64,000 bases of DNA, from NCBI GenBank assembly GCA_948442695.1, contig CAOJSF010000001.1:73342-137341 (forward strand). The letters run 5' to 3'. The notes below the pieces were generated by a model. That model was not told where the DNA came from and ran no database searches. It saw only the letters and a program-made list of their open reading frames with translations. Shown piece by piece: positions 1 to 10,426 of the stretch. The DNA comes from an uncultured Clostridia bacterium (GTDB lineage Bacteria; Bacillota; Clostridia; Christensenellales; UBA1242). The position numbers and the translations under genes are program-made. How positions within the stretch are numbered: position 1 is the first letter of the stretch; every line of letters starts with the position of its first letter.

Positions 1-2
1 TC

Positions 3-965
3 AGTGAAAACGCTTGTGAGGGCTGGCTTGAAGGTTATCTTTTGACGGGCAGGCATGGTATGTTTGCAAGTTATGAGGCTTTTATTCGTGTTGTTGACAG
101 CATGGTTTCTCAGCACGCAAAGTGGCTTAAGGTGACAAGGGAGATTGAATGGCGTAAACCTATCTCTTCGCTAAACCTTATTCTTACCTCAAATGTTTGG
201 CAACAAGACCATAATGGCTATACACATCAAGAGCCAGGTTTTATGGATCATGTGGCAAGCAAAAAATCTGAAGTTGCAAGGATTTACCTTCCACCAGATG
301 CGAACACTTTGATTTGCGCTTATGATCACTGTCAGGCAACATTAAATCACATAAATGTCATTGTTGCTTCAAAACATCCTAGGTGGCAGTGGCTTAGCAT
401 GGAAGAGGCAATCAGTCATTGCGAAAAGGGCGTGGATGAATGGAAATGGGCTAGCACCTGTGGAAACAGCAAGCCGGATATAGTTCTTGCCTGCGCAGGT
501 GGGACACCAACTCTTGAGGCTCTTGCGACTATTACCCTTGTCAAGAAATATCTTCCAAAAGTCAAGGTCAAATTTGTCAATATAGTTGACCTTATGAAAC
601 TTGAGAAAGGTCATCCACATGGTCTTAGCGATAAAGAATATGATAAGTTGTTTACAACTGATAAACCTATAATCTTCAATTTCCATGGTTATCCAAAACT
701 TATTCATCAACTTACTCATGCAAGAGAAAATAAAGATTTGACTGTGCATGGATATCAAGAAGAGGGGACTATCACAACAGCATTTGATATGCGAGTTCAA
801 AATGAAATTGATAGATTCCATTTGCTTCTTGAAATAATTGAAAAGTTAAATATAGATGATAAAAAACTTGTCAATGAAATCAAGGCAAAACTTATTGAGC
901 ATAAAAAATATATTGCTGAATTTGGCGTAGATATGCCTGAAATTGAAAACTGGGAATGGGAATAA
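3..965 (+). CDS. xfp: Phosphoketolase (xylulose-5-P/fructose-6-P), C-terminal part; 5' end lies outside the window
   Basis: The frame is open from the window edge (SENACEGWLEGYLLTGRHGMFASYEAFI...), which is typical of the XFP phosphoketolase C-terminal half. A hairpin terminator follows. Confidence 0.85.
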   Translation, partial: SENACEGWLEGYLLTGRHGMFASYEAFIRVVDSMVSQHAKWLKVTREIEWRKPISSLNLILTSNVWQQDHNGYTHQEPGFMDHVASKKSEVARIYLPPDANTLICAYDHCQATLNHINVIVASKHPRWQWLSMEEAISHCEKGVDEWKWASTCGNSKPDIVLACAGGTPTLEALATITLVKKYLPKVKVKFVNIVDLMKLEKGHPHGLSDKEYDKLFTTDKPIIFNFHGYPKLIHQLTHARENKDLTVHGYQEEGTITTAFDMRVQNEIDRFHLLLEIIEKLNIDDKKLVNEIKAKLIEHKKYIAEFGVDMPEIENWEWE

Positions 966-994
966 AAAAATTGATTAAATAAAATAGAATAGAT

Positions 995-1028
995 AAAAAA
1001 ACCTACTATTGTTTTGTAGGTTTTTTTG
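995..1028 (+). terminator. Rho-independent terminator
   Basis: Stem AAAAAACCTAC / GTAGGTTTTTT with a 9-nt loop and a T-run. Confidence 0.7.
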
Positions 1029-1189
1029 TTGAATAAATAAAAATTTTTAATAAATCAATTTAGAAAAAATAATGAAATAACATTGAATCTGAATGAAAAT
1101 GAATTTATATGAAATTGAATTTGAGTAAAATAATTTATATGAAAATAAAATTTTTAGAAAGATAAATGTTGAAAATTTAAGCAATGTTT

Positions 1190-2764
1190 TTACAAGTTTT
1201 CATAAATTGATTCGCTGACTTTGACACCGTCTTGTGCACTTGTGATAATTCCTCCTGCATAACCAGCGCCTTCTCCGACAGGATAAATTCCTTTGATATT
1301 GCTTTGATAAGATGAGTCTCGCACGATTGTAATAGGACAACTGCTTCTTGATTCTATGGCTATAAGCATTGCCTGGTCAGAGGCAAAACCATTTAGTTTT
1401 TTATCGAGAAGGGGAAGTGCCTGTTTTAAACTTTCTGTAACAAAATTTGGTAGGCATTTTGAAATATCACAGATTTTTATTTGAGGCTGATATGTTGAGA
1501 TGCAACTTTTAATATCGCAATTTTGTTTGTTTAAAAATCTTCCAACCGATTGTGCTGGAGCGGTGAAATTTTCACCACCCAGTTTAAATGCAAGTTTTTC
1601 ATACTTTGCTTGAAAGTCAATTCCTGCAAGAGGGTGGGAAGAGCCGAAGTCATCAGGAGTTACATTTACAAGGAGTGCCGAGTTTGCAAACTTTCCATCA
1701 CGGGCAAAAAGACTCATTCCATTTGTCACAATTTCGCCATCGTCTGAAGAGGATGCGACGACTTGACCGCCTGGACACATACAAAAGGTAAAAACGTTTC
1801 TGTTGTTTGGAAGGTGGACTACAAGTTTATAATCGGCATTTGGCAGGCGAGAGTCATAGCCTTTTCCATACTGAGAAATATTGATAAGTTTTTGAGGGTG
1901 TTCAATTCTCACGCCCATAGCAAAAGGTTTTTGTTTTATATCTATATTTTTTTCATATAGCATTTTAAAACTGTCTCTTGCACTATGCCCCAGGCATAAC
2001 AAAAGGTGATTTGTTTCAAGTGTAAACTCTTCATCAGTTTTGAGATTTTTTACATTAATATTAGTTAATTTATCATTTTTGACAAAAATTTCGGTCATTT
2101 TGCAAGAAAAAAGCACTTTTCCGCCTAATTTAATGATTTCTTCTCTGATATTTCGGACGATTGCTTGAAGGTTATCACTGCCTATGTGAGGCTTTGATAA
2201 ATACAAGATTTCTTTTGGAGCACCCATATTGTAAAGTTCGTTTATCACCTTTCTTGTATAAGAATTATTTGTGTTGCTGTTAAGTTTCCCGTCACTGAAA
2301 GTCCCAGCACCACCTTCTCCAAACTGGACATTGCTATATTTGTTAAGTTTTCCGTCCTTCCAAAACATTTCTACATCTTTTATTCTTTCTTCAACTGGCT
2401 TTCCTTGTTCAAGTATGATAGGCTTAAGCCCCATTCTTGCAAGGGCAAGCCCGGAGAACATTCCGCTAGGGCCAAAGCCAACAACAATAGGTGATTTATC
2501 AATCGTTTTTTGGTTGTAAATAAGACCGTTTCGATTTAATTCAAACTCAAAATTTTTAAATTTTTCAGAATTTATACTGTCGAGTTCCAGTCCTATGCTT
2601 GCAATATATTTTATATTATTTTTTCGTCGTGCATCCAAAGAAAGTTTGATAATTTCAAAATCTTTTATGTTTTTTGATGAAATTTTTAATTTTTTTGCAC
2701 ATTTTTCGATAATTTCCTGATTATTAAAGCCTATTGCGAGACTTATTTCGTCTAGTTTTATCAT
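1190..2764 (-). CDS. FAD-dependent dehydrogenase-like protein (COG2509-like)
   Basis: VVGFGPSGMF dinucleotide-binding motif and a C-terminal GEGAGYAGGI motif. The start at 2764 shares ATGA with the upstream stop and is preceded by GGAGAA. Confidence 0.7.
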   Translation of the reverse strand: MIKLDEISLAIGFNNQEIIEKCAKKLKISSKNIKDFEIIKLSLDARRKNNIKYIASIGLELDSINSEKFKNFEFELNRNGLIYNQKTIDKSPIVVGFGPSGMFSGLALARMGLKPIILEQGKPVEERIKDVEMFWKDGKLNKYSNVQFGEGGAGTFSDGKLNSNTNNSYTRKVINELYNMGAPKEILYLSKPHIGSDNLQAIVRNIREEIIKLGGKVLFSCKMTEIFVKNDKLTNINVKNLKTDEEFTLETNHLLLCLGHSARDSFKMLYEKNIDIKQKPFAMGVRIEHPQKLINISQYGKGYDSRLPNADYKLVVHLPNNRNVFTFCMCPGGQVVASSSDDGEIVTNGMSLFARDGKFANSALLVNVTPDDFGSSHPLAGIDFQAKYEKLAFKLGGENFTAPAQSVGRFLNKQNCDIKSCISTYQPQIKICDISKCLPNFVTESLKQALPLLDKKLNGFASDQAMLIAIESRSSCPITIVRDSSYQSNIKGIYPVGEGAGYAGGIITSAQDGVKVSESIYENL

Positions 2765-3924
2765 ATTGATTCTCCTACGATATAGCCACTTGTCCATGCC
2801 CATTGAAGATTATAACCTCCGCATTTGCCGTCCACATCGCATACTTCACCACAAAAATATAATCCCTTACGGACTATGCTTTCCAAATTTTCTGTTAGAG
2901 AGTCTATCAACACTCCGCCAGAGTAAACTTGATGATTAGGGTAGTGTGATTTGACTTCAAAAGAAAGATGTTTGATAGTGTGGGCTAACAAAATTATTTC
3001 ACTGTCAGTCAGTTGCGCGGTTTTTCGATTTTCATTTAGTTTGCAATTATTTAATATTAGATAGCCTATGTTTGGCAAAAAGATTCCATCAAACATTTTG
3101 TTTATATCTAAATTTAATTTTTTTCTCAACTTTAATAAATCAAATATTTGTTCTTCTGTATGATTTGGTAAAAGGTCAATTTCAATCTTGCCATTATAAT
3201 TATTATTTCTTGCAAAATAAGATGAAATATTAAATGCGACAATTCCGCTTATTCCATTGTCTTTGAAAAGAATTTCTCCTATTTCTGAAATTTTTTTATC
3301 TTTCAAAAATAAGGTTACTTTAGCAGGCGAGATTCTTATATTTTCAACAATTTTGGTGGATTGTGTTTTAAGTGCGACCAAACTAGGAACAAAAGGTTTT
3401 GATTTGATTTTGAATTTGTCAAGTACTTTTTGCGCTGTGTTTCCACCAGTTGCAATTACAAGTTTTCTGCAAGAAAAAGCACCAACGTTTGTTATGACTT
3501 CATAAATCCCATTTTTAAATTCAATATCTTCAAATTCTGTTTCAAGTGATATGGAGATGTTTTTAAATTTTGCAAGTTGGTTGTTTAAAACATCAATTAC
3601 AGATTTGGCACTGTTTGAGATAGGATAAACTCTCTTCTCCTCATCTGCAAAACAAACAAGTCCCATTTCATTAAAGAAATTCAAAGTATCTTCATGGGAG
3701 TGTCTATTCAAGAAATTGTCAATATTTTGATTATAAAAATCAGAAGATGGAAAGAGATTCAAGTTTGTCATATTACATCTTCCATTTCCTGTAGCCATAA
3801 GTTTTTTACCTGCGATTTTTGCTCGGTCTATTAATAATATTTCTTTACCTTTAAGTGCGGTTTTTAAAGCGCACATACATCCTGATGCACCCGCACCTAT
3901 AATAATAACATCAAAATTTTTCAT
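2761..3924 (-). CDS. HI0933/YhiN-like NAD(P)/FAD-dependent flavoprotein
   Basis: N-terminal DVIIIGAGASGCMCA and C-terminal CGGYNLQWAWTSG. I chose the internal Met at 3924 (MKNFDVIIIG) as the start. Confidence 0.7.
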   Translation of the reverse strand: MKNFDVIIIGAGASGCMCALKTALKGKEILLIDRAKIAGKKLMATGNGRCNMTNLNLFPSSDFYNQNIDNFLNRHSHEDTLNFFNEMGLVCFADEEKRVYPISNSAKSVIDVLNNQLAKFKNISISLETEFEDIEFKNGIYEVITNVGAFSCRKLVIATGGNTAQKVLDKFKIKSKPFVPSLVALKTQSTKIVENIRISPAKVTLFLKDKKISEIGEILFKDNGISGIVAFNISSYFARNNNYNGKIEIDLLPNHTEEQIFDLLKLRKKLNLDINKMFDGIFLPNIGYLILNNCKLNENRKTAQLTDSEIILLAHTIKHLSFEVKSHYPNHQVYSGGVLIDSLTENLESIVRKGLYFCGEVCDVDGKCGGYNLQWAWTSGYIVGESI

Positions 3925-4146
3925 AGAAGTATTATAACATATCAAATCAAAACAAAAAAGAAAAATTTTAAATATTCAAAAAAAGTTTGTAAATAGTTGT
4001 TGTTTTTGTTATAATTCTTACAATTTAATTGAGAAAAATATTTATTTTGTCAGACTTGTTTTGATTACATTTTAAATTATCACAAAATTAAAGAATATTA
4101 TTTTAAATTATAGTTGGTTAATTTTAAATTTAAAGGATGAAAAGAA

Positions 4147-4935
4147 ATGAATTTGATTTTGACGAGTTGTCTAAATTGTTATACTAAAAATGAAAATGGA
4201 GAAAGAATTACTCATAAAATAGGAAATGAAAATGGCATTCTAGATTTAATAAAAAAATTGACTCCAAAACCAGATAATTTTGTCTATGTGGCAAGCACTC
4301 AAGATGATTTTATTTCCACTGATGTTTATGCTTTGCCAGTTATTGATTCATTTAAAATGACGTTCCCTTTCAAAAATTATACAATTTTAGATGGGAGAAC
4401 TATTGATAGAGCAAGAGAGATAATTGAAAATGCTGACTTAATTTATTTGGCGGGTGGACATGTTCCAACTCAAAATGCTTTCTTTAAAAACATTAATTTA
4501 AAATCATTACTCAAAAATGTTGATGTATTAATTTTGGGTGAAAGTGCGGGCAGTATGAATGCGGCAGATATTGTTTATGCTCAACCAGAACTTGAAGGGG
4601 AGACCGTTGATACTGAATATAATAGATACATAAACGGACTCGGACTTACAAAAATAAGCATTCTTCCTCACTTTGAAGAACGGATTGATTATGTTTTGGA
4701 CGGATTAAATATCTTGAGAGATATTTCATTGCCTGATTGTAAATTAAGACCTTTTATTGCTTGTGGGGATGGATCATATATTTATGATAATGGAGAAAAG
4801 CAATTTGTTTATGGCAGAGCATATTTATTTGCAAAAGGAAAATATAAAAAAATCTCAAAAGATAATTCTATAAAAAACATTACAAAACTTGTTGACAAAT
4901 TGTATTTAAAAGAAGATAATATAATCATGGAGTAA
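4147..4935 (+). CDS. Peptidase S51 / type 1 glutamine amidotransferase-like protein
   Basis: LAGGHVPTQNAFF and GESAGSMNA blocks resemble the dipeptidase E family. Confidence 0.55.
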   Translation: MNLILTSCLNCYTKNENGERITHKIGNENGILDLIKKLTPKPDNFVYVASTQDDFISTDVYALPVIDSFKMTFPFKNYTILDGRTIDRAREIIENADLIYLAGGHVPTQNAFFKNINLKSLLKNVDVLILGESAGSMNAADIVYAQPELEGETVDTEYNRYINGLGLTKISILPHFEERIDYVLDGLNILRDISLPDCKLRPFIACGDGSYIYDNGEKQFVYGRAYLFAKGKYKKISKDNSIKNITKLVDKLYLKEDNIIME

Positions 4936-5228
4936 AATTTTGGAAAATCAAATTGAAAGATTGTTAGTAAAACATACTTTATAAAAAAGTTCTATAAATA
5001 ATCTATAAAAAACATTTCAAAAGCGATTGAATATTGCAGACAATTTTTTGATTTTTAAATTTTTCTTTTCTAAGTGTTTGTTAAAAATTTAAACGATTGA
5101 CGTCAGTTTGGTATTCTAATGTTTTAAGCAATCGCAAACTTTAAAACAAGGAAGAAAAGTGTTGCAAAAGAATCAGACAAAACTTCATAAAAATTCTTTT
5201 TTACAACTTAGGTATTCGTTGTTTTTAT

Positions 5229-5303
5229 GTTCCCATAGTAAAGTGGATATTACAAACCCCTCCTAAGGGTTAGTCACAGGTTCGAGTCCTGTTGGGAACA
5301 CCA
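5229..5303 (+). tRNA. tRNA-Arg(CCT), copy 1
   Basis: Hand-folded cloverleaf: acceptor GTTCCCA/TGGGAAC, D stem GTAA/TTAC, anticodon stem AACCC/GGGTT with loop CTCCTAA, T arm ACAGG-TTCGAGT-CCTGT, and an encoded CCA. Confidence 0.8.
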
Positions 5304-5307
5304 AAAT

Positions 5308-5340
5308 AAAAACGGTCATGGTTATCATGTCCGTTTTTTT
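5308..5340 (+). terminator. Terminator after tRNA-Arg copy 1
   Basis: AACGGTCATG / CATGTCCGTT hairpin followed by a T-run. Confidence 0.65.
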
Positions 5341-5366
5341 AAGTGTAAAAGGATAATGAACCAAAC

Positions 5367-5460
5367 GAGCGTTTTCTTTAGATACGCAAGAACAACGCGA
5401 AGAATTTGAGCGTTTTCTTTAGATACGCAAGAACAACGCGAAGAATTTGAGCGTTTTCTT
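5367..5460. repeat. 41-bp tandem repeat, about 2.3 copies
   Basis: The unit GAGCGTTTTCTTTAGATACGCAAGAACAACGCGAAGAATTT is repeated perfectly at 5367-5407 and 5408-5448, followed by a partial third copy. Confidence 0.9.
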
Positions 5461-5473
5461 ATATCAATATCGT

Positions 5474-6517
5474 TTAAAATTTAATAATTTTGTCAAGTTT
5501 GTCACTAAGGAAACATGCATCAATAAGCTTCATGATTTCGATGGATTGTTGTTTTGTGACTAAAGGGGTTGAAGTCCCGTTTATGCATTCGCAAATATTT
5601 TTATAAAAGGCCATTTCATCGCCACAAACGTTGTCAGGAAGGGGAGAATGCTTTATTGAACGGTCAGACAATTTTGTCATTGTTTTTGAGAATCCGTTTC
5701 CCAAGATATTGCTACTATTATCAAAATCTGTATTCAACCTTGTTGCAATGTATCCAGCAAGGTCCCAATTTTTAATAATAGTTGTTGAATTCTCATCATA
5801 CGCAATCCAACGAGGTGTATCGATGAATGTGTTTGTATCAATATTTATATTAAATATTTTGCCAGTGGAAGAAGTTAATATAATTTTTACTCCATCGTCA
5901 ACATCAAATGCTTGTGTATGAGAGAATTTGCAATATAGAGATTTTATGTTTTCGTTGGTTTCTTCTATTATGCAATTTATTTGGTCGAGTAGATGCGCTC
6001 CCCAGTCATAAAGCATCCCGCCGCCGAACTTTCTTTCTCGTCGCCAGCCATCAGGTATACCTCGGCCTCCTACGACAAAGGAATCTAATTGTCGAATATT
6101 AAATTCAGTATTTAAGAGAATACTTTTAATTATTAAAAAATCATTATCAAATCTGCGATTCTGGTGTATAAATAGAAACTTGTTATATTTTTCTGAAGCC
6201 ATATACATTTTTTTTAATTCTTTAAGATTTAAGGCGACTGGTTTTTCGCAAAAAACATGTTTACCTTTTTTCATTGCCTCAATAGAATATTCCATATGCA
6301 GATGGTTTGGCAAAGCAATTAAAACAATTTCTAATTTAGGATCAGCCAGCATTTCTGCATAACTTGAATATGTATTTATGCCGTTTTCTTTAGCCAGATC
6401 ATTTTTCCAATTGCGAATATCATAAATTCCAAGTAAGTTAAAATCTTTAAATTTTTTTATTTCTTTTGCATGCTTTTGTCCCATAAAACCATAGCCGATT
6501 ATTCCAATATTTACCAT
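5474..6517 (-). CDS. Gfo/Idh/MocA family oxidoreductase
   Basis: N-terminal Rossmann IGIIGYGFMGQKHA and the EKP motif (FCEKPVAL). Confidence 0.8.
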   Translation of the reverse strand: MVNIGIIGYGFMGQKHAKEIKKFKDFNLLGIYDIRNWKNDLAKENGINTYSSYAEMLADPKLEIVLIALPNHLHMEYSIEAMKKGKHVFCEKPVALNLKELKKMYMASEKYNKFLFIHQNRRFDNDFLIIKSILLNTEFNIRQLDSFVVGGRGIPDGWRRERKFGGGMLYDWGAHLLDQINCIIEETNENIKSLYCKFSHTQAFDVDDGVKIILTSSTGKIFNINIDTNTFIDTPRWIAYDENSTTIIKNWDLAGYIATRLNTDFDNSSNILGNGFSKTMTKLSDRSIKHSPLPDNVCGDEMAFYKNICECINGTSTPLVTKQQSIEIMKLIDACFLSDKLDKIIKF

Positions 6518-6632
6518 AATTTTTCTCCTATAAAAATGATAATATGTTTTGTTTAAAAAGTCAAATTCTTGTAATGCAACATTGACATTATAATAAATAG
6601 GAAAGAAAAGTGTACGTGATAAAGGAGGCTTT

Positions 6633-7274
6633 TTGGATATAGAATCAATAAAATCCTTTATTGAAAAATCTGAAAGAACTTTTAATGTATGGTTAAGGTG
6701 TGATGATATCGGATTTTATACTGAAAATTTTGTAAAACTAGACCAAATGGTAAGTCAGTTTAAAGTACCATCTGTTTACGCTGTAATTCCTATTCAATTA
6801 GAGGAACAAACGGCGGATACGATAAGAGCAAATGCAAGTGTAATAGTTTCGCAACATGGATTTAACCATGAAAATAATAGCAAAAATTTGCCTTGCGAAC
6901 TTATAAATGATAAATGTTTATATGAGAATGTGCTTGTAAATAAAACCAAGTTAGAAAAAGAATTTTCAAGTCAATTTATGAGCATGTTGACACCGCCTTT
7001 TAACAGCATCGATGTCATGATGTCAGATTTATTAAAAAAACATTTCGTAGTTATATCAACTTTTTTAGATAATAGGACAACATTTGAGAGGTCTGTTAGC
7101 CCGAATGTAGAATTAATTAATTGGAAACTTGAAGAAGAGTTTACAAGTGAAGAATTTGTAAATTTACAAATATACAAACGAATTACAGAAGGTAGAGATA
7201 TTGGAATATGCGTACATTGTGAGAAATTGGGAGAATTAGGTTTTAAATATCTAAATAATTTGCTTTCAAACTAA
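6633..7274 (+). CDS. Hypothetical protein, possibly a divergent polysaccharide deacetylase (DUF2334/NodB-like)
   Basis: LRCDDIG ... AVIP ... QHGFNHEN pattern. TTG start after AAAGGAGG. Confidence 0.35.
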   Translation: MDIESIKSFIEKSERTFNVWLRCDDIGFYTENFVKLDQMVSQFKVPSVYAVIPIQLEEQTADTIRANASVIVSQHGFNHENNSKNLPCELINDKCLYENVLVNKTKLEKEFSSQFMSMLTPPFNSIDVMMSDLLKKHFVVISTFLDNRTTFERSVSPNVELINWKLEEEFTSEEFVNLQIYKRITEGRDIGICVHCEKLGELGFKYLNNLLSN

Positions 7275-7340
7275 AGTCATGTAAGAATATACGTTTTTCG
7301 CTGTCCTGGTTAAAAAATAAAATAGACAATGGAGAGAAAA

Positions 7341-7940
7341 ATGAAACTTAAAAAAAATATAATTATTTTTGGTACAAGCAGAAGCGGAAAAACAACATTG
7401 GCAATAAAGTTATCAAAAAAGATAGGTTATAGCGTGATTATGACAGACCCACTTGTTACAGCATTTGAACAGTCATTTCCGCAATTAAACATAAACCATT
7501 CTAATCATGATGGTCAATCAGTCAAAAATATTCAGGACTTTCTAATGAGCTATCTCAAGTCAAGTAGTGGAAGCTCAAAGTTGAGAAGGGGGCTAAACTA
7601 TATATATGAAGGCGCGTATTTTGATTTAGATGCTTTGCAATCAGAAAAAATACTTGAAAGGTATATTATAATTTATCTTTGTTGTCCGCTTGAAAGTAGT
7701 GATGATTATTATAAAATGCTTAAAACTTTTGATAAAGATACTGACTGGACATATCATGTGTCCGATGAAGAATTAAAAAAATACTGTGATATTTTAAAAG
7801 AAAGTAATGATTATTTCTTGAATGAATTCAAAAGTAGGGGACTAAAATTTTATGATACTTCGGTAAACCGTGATAAAATTTTAGAAGACATTGTTAAAGA
7901 CTTGGAAGTACGCATCGAAAATGATACTTTTTATAAATAA
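7341..7940 (+). CDS. P-loop NTPase / small-molecule or nucleotide kinase-like protein
   Basis: Walker A motif FGTSRSGKTTLA. Start chosen after GGAGAG. Confidence 0.5.
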   Translation: MKLKKNIIIFGTSRSGKTTLAIKLSKKIGYSVIMTDPLVTAFEQSFPQLNINHSNHDGQSVKNIQDFLMSYLKSSSGSSKLRRGLNYIYEGAYFDLDALQSEKILERYIIIYLCCPLESSDDYYKMLKTFDKDTDWTYHVSDEELKKYCDILKESNDYFLNEFKSRGLKFYDTSVNRDKILEDIVKDLEVRIENDTFYK

Positions 7941-8026
7941 TCAAAAAGTTTGAATTATTTGCACTACTTTGATATAATTTAATTGCGGTTATTTAAAGAT
8001 TATAATAACATTAACAGGAGAAAATT

Positions 8027-8458
8027 ATGAAAAAAATTGTGATCGGAGAGAAAATTCCAGATAGAAAGTATGATTTTAGAGAAACTTGCTTTGGTATTTG
8101 CGAGAGAAATGGCAAGATGCTACTTGTTATTAAAAAAGGACAACATTCTTTTATTGGTGGCGGAATTGAAGATGGTGAAACAAAAGAGGAATGTCTAAAA
8201 AGAGAATTTATTGAGGAATCAGGTTATAAAATTACCAGTATAAAAGAACTTATTACTGTTGACTGTTTTTGGCTTGCTGCAGGACAATGGCCACTTGAGT
8301 CGTTAGTAAACTTTTTTGTAGTAGAAGTAGCTGAAGAACATGGTGATCCTTTAGAAGAAGGACATACTGTTGTCGAAGTAGAACTAGATAAGGTTAAAGA
8401 TTTATTGCCTTTGCCATATCACCAAAAGGGTTTGGAAGTTTATTTAGAGAGGAGATAA
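8027..8458 (+). CDS. NUDIX hydrolase
   Basis: Nudix box GGGIEDGETKEECLKREFIEESGY. Confidence 0.8.
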   Translation: MKKIVIGEKIPDRKYDFRETCFGICERNGKMLLVIKKGQHSFIGGGIEDGETKEECLKREFIEESGYKITSIKELITVDCFWLAAGQWPLESLVNFFVVEVAEEHGDPLEEGHTVVEVELDKVKDLLPLPYHQKGLEVYLERR

Positions 8459-8461
8459 TAT

Positions 8462-9298
8462 ATGCAAAAGGTGTTGCCTAAATCTTTAAAAGAACTTGCT
8501 TGCAAAGTTCCACAAAAGAGGCTGAAACAAATTGAAATTCATTTAGCAAATAGTTGCAATTTAAGATGTAAAGGTTGCGATCATTTTTCTTGCATTTGTG
8601 AAAATGAAAGTTTCAATGAGAAGCAGTTTTATAAAGACATACAAAGGCTGTATTCTATTTTTGATGGGGATATTGAAAAAATTCTCTTGCTTGGTGGAGA
8701 ACCATTGCTAAATAAGAATGTGGACAAATTAATTGATGCAACAGCGAAACTGTTTGTTAATTCTGAAATTGATGTTGTAACTAACGGCACGCTTATTTTA
8801 AGACAAAAGGATAGTTTTTTTGAAAGTTGCAGAAAGAATAATGTGAAAATTGTTATTACTAAATATCCTATTGACTTTGATTATTTAGAGGTGGAGAAAT
8901 TTTTAATAGAAAAAGGTTGTAATTTCGAATACTTTGGAAACACAGGTTATAAAAAGAAAACATCCTATAAAATACCTCTTGATATTAGTGGTAAACAGGA
9001 CGTTGAATTTAATTTTAAAAATTGCTTCTATGCAAATCATTGTGTTCAATTATTTGAGGGGAAAATCTTTACTTGCACACCACCAGCATATATTCAATTT
9101 TTTAATAAGAAATTTAATAGAAATCTAATTATTTCAAAAAATGATTACATAAACATATATGATGATATTACAAAGGATGAGATTTTGCATAGATTAGCTC
9201 AACCAATAGAATTTTGTAAATATTGTAATGTTAAAGAAAGAGTATTTGATTTGGAATGGAGCGTGTCTAATGGAAAAGAAAATGAATGGACAAATTAA
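8462..9298 (+). CDS. Radical SAM protein, function unknown
   Basis: CNLRCKGCDHF cluster motif and a GGEPLL block. Lies 3 nt after the NUDIX gene. Confidence 0.75.
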   Translation: MQKVLPKSLKELACKVPQKRLKQIEIHLANSCNLRCKGCDHFSCICENESFNEKQFYKDIQRLYSIFDGDIEKILLLGGEPLLNKNVDKLIDATAKLFVNSEIDVVTNGTLILRQKDSFFESCRKNNVKIVITKYPIDFDYLEVEKFLIEKGCNFEYFGNTGYKKKTSYKIPLDISGKQDVEFNFKNCFYANHCVQLFEGKIFTCTPPAYIQFFNKKFNRNLIISKNDYINIYDDITKDEILHRLAQPIEFCKYCNVKERVFDLEWSVSNGKENEWTN

Positions 9299-9481
9299 TC
9301 AATCTTGTCCTAAGACAAGAGCGGCATTTTTTGCTTTTACTCCATTCATTTTGTTTTTTGGGTAAGTTTCTTTAAGATAATTAAAAATGTCCTCTTGTAG
9401 GCTCAGTGGAACTCTAATTGCTCCTTTTTGCTTTTGCATTGTTGTAATTAAGTCATAAACGACTTCATGTTCTATAAACAT
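9299..9481 (-). CDS. Small hypothetical protein, possibly a ribbon-helix-helix DNA binder
   Basis: AAGGAG RBS before the ATG. The IRVPLSLQEDIFNYLKE segment looks like a beta-strand plus helix. Confidence 0.3.
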   Translation of the reverse strand: MFIEHEVVYDLITTMQKQKGAIRVPLSLQEDIFNYLKETYPKNKMNGVKAKNAALVLGQD

Positions 9482-9700
9482 ACTAACTCCTTTTAATAAG
9501 AATTAGTAGTCAAATTTTATTCATACTTTTTCATACACTTTTGTTTTAAACTAAAAATTTCGCAAACTTTACACAACATGCAGAAATTGTTTTGCTAATT
9601 TGCACAATTTGTGATAGGATAAATTAAATCAATTTAGGAGAAAAATCGCACGATTTTCAGTTGCTTATTCTCCTAAGGAAATGCACTATCCATATCAAAC

Positions 9701-9714
9701 CACAATATATTGTG
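9701..9714. repeat. Perfect 14-bp palindrome CACAATATATTGTG, copy 1
   Basis: An identical copy lies at 9952-9965 and an imperfect half at 9983-9995. The copies flank tRNA-Arg copy 2. Confidence 0.85.
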
Positions 9715-9755
9715 TTTTTGAGATAAAGCCAAGCATAAATATTGTGCTTTTACAA

Positions 9756-9780
9756 CTTTTGGTATAGTTTTTGGTATAGT
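9756..9780. repeat. GGTATAGT direct repeats, iteron or arm-site like
   Basis: CTTTTGGTATAGTTTTTGGTATAGT. A related cluster lies at 17432-17463 and an inverted pair at 10003-10022. Confidence 0.7.
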
Positions 9781-9868
9781 ATTTTCGTTAAATATGTTCT
9801 TTTCCGTTAAATATTGTGCTATAATTGACCGATAGTGAAGTCATAAAACTACACAAAATTTTCAATTT

Positions 9869-9945
<77 letters not shown>

Positions 9946-9951
9946 GATAAA

Positions 9952-9965
9952 CACAATATATTGTG
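9952..9965. repeat. Perfect 14-bp palindrome CACAATATATTGTG, copy 2
   Basis: Lies 6 nt after the tRNA-Arg copy 2 CCA end. Confidence 0.85.
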
Positions 9966-10231
9966 ATATTTTTAATTTATAACACAATATATAGGAATTT
10001 TAGGTATAGTAATTTACTATACCAATTTTTTTATTAATATTGATGTCTTTCTCTCAAGATTTTAATGAGATCTTGTTCTAGTTCATCGTTTGCCAGTCAA
10101 GTTGTACCATGTATACTTTTTGTTTTTCCATATTAAGCAATCCTCCTAGTTACAAACATAAGCCATAGTATAAAATTCTCTATTTTTGCAATCAGTTATT
10201 AAATCTCGCCTTTCTTCTTCATAATCAGTTA

Positions 10232-10426
10232 CTATAAGAAGAAAGTAACATTCGCCAAACTCTGTAAATTCATGTGTAACTGCATATACTGTTCTTTTTT
10301 AAGTTCTTTTTCAATTTCTTCCCAAGTTTCATAATCATCTAAATGTAACCATTGAGAACCTAAACTTTTTTCGTTATATTCATTGTATGAACCATAATAG
10401 CCTATAATAATATCTATCACTTTCAA
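10232..10426 (-). pseudogene. ArdA-like antirestriction N-terminal fragment (tentative)
   Basis: YYGSYNEYNEKSLGSQWLHLDDYETWEEI resembles the ArdA N-terminal pattern. Downstream reading frames are broken. Confidence 0.3.

Noticed and set aside
9643-9680. Hairpin TTAGGAGAA...TTCTCCTAA, whose arm CTCCTAAGG matches the anticodon arm of the tRNA-Arg copies; considered as a fourth tRNA scar.
   Set aside because: The match is only about 9-10 nt with no flanking similarity, so it is too short to distinguish from chance.
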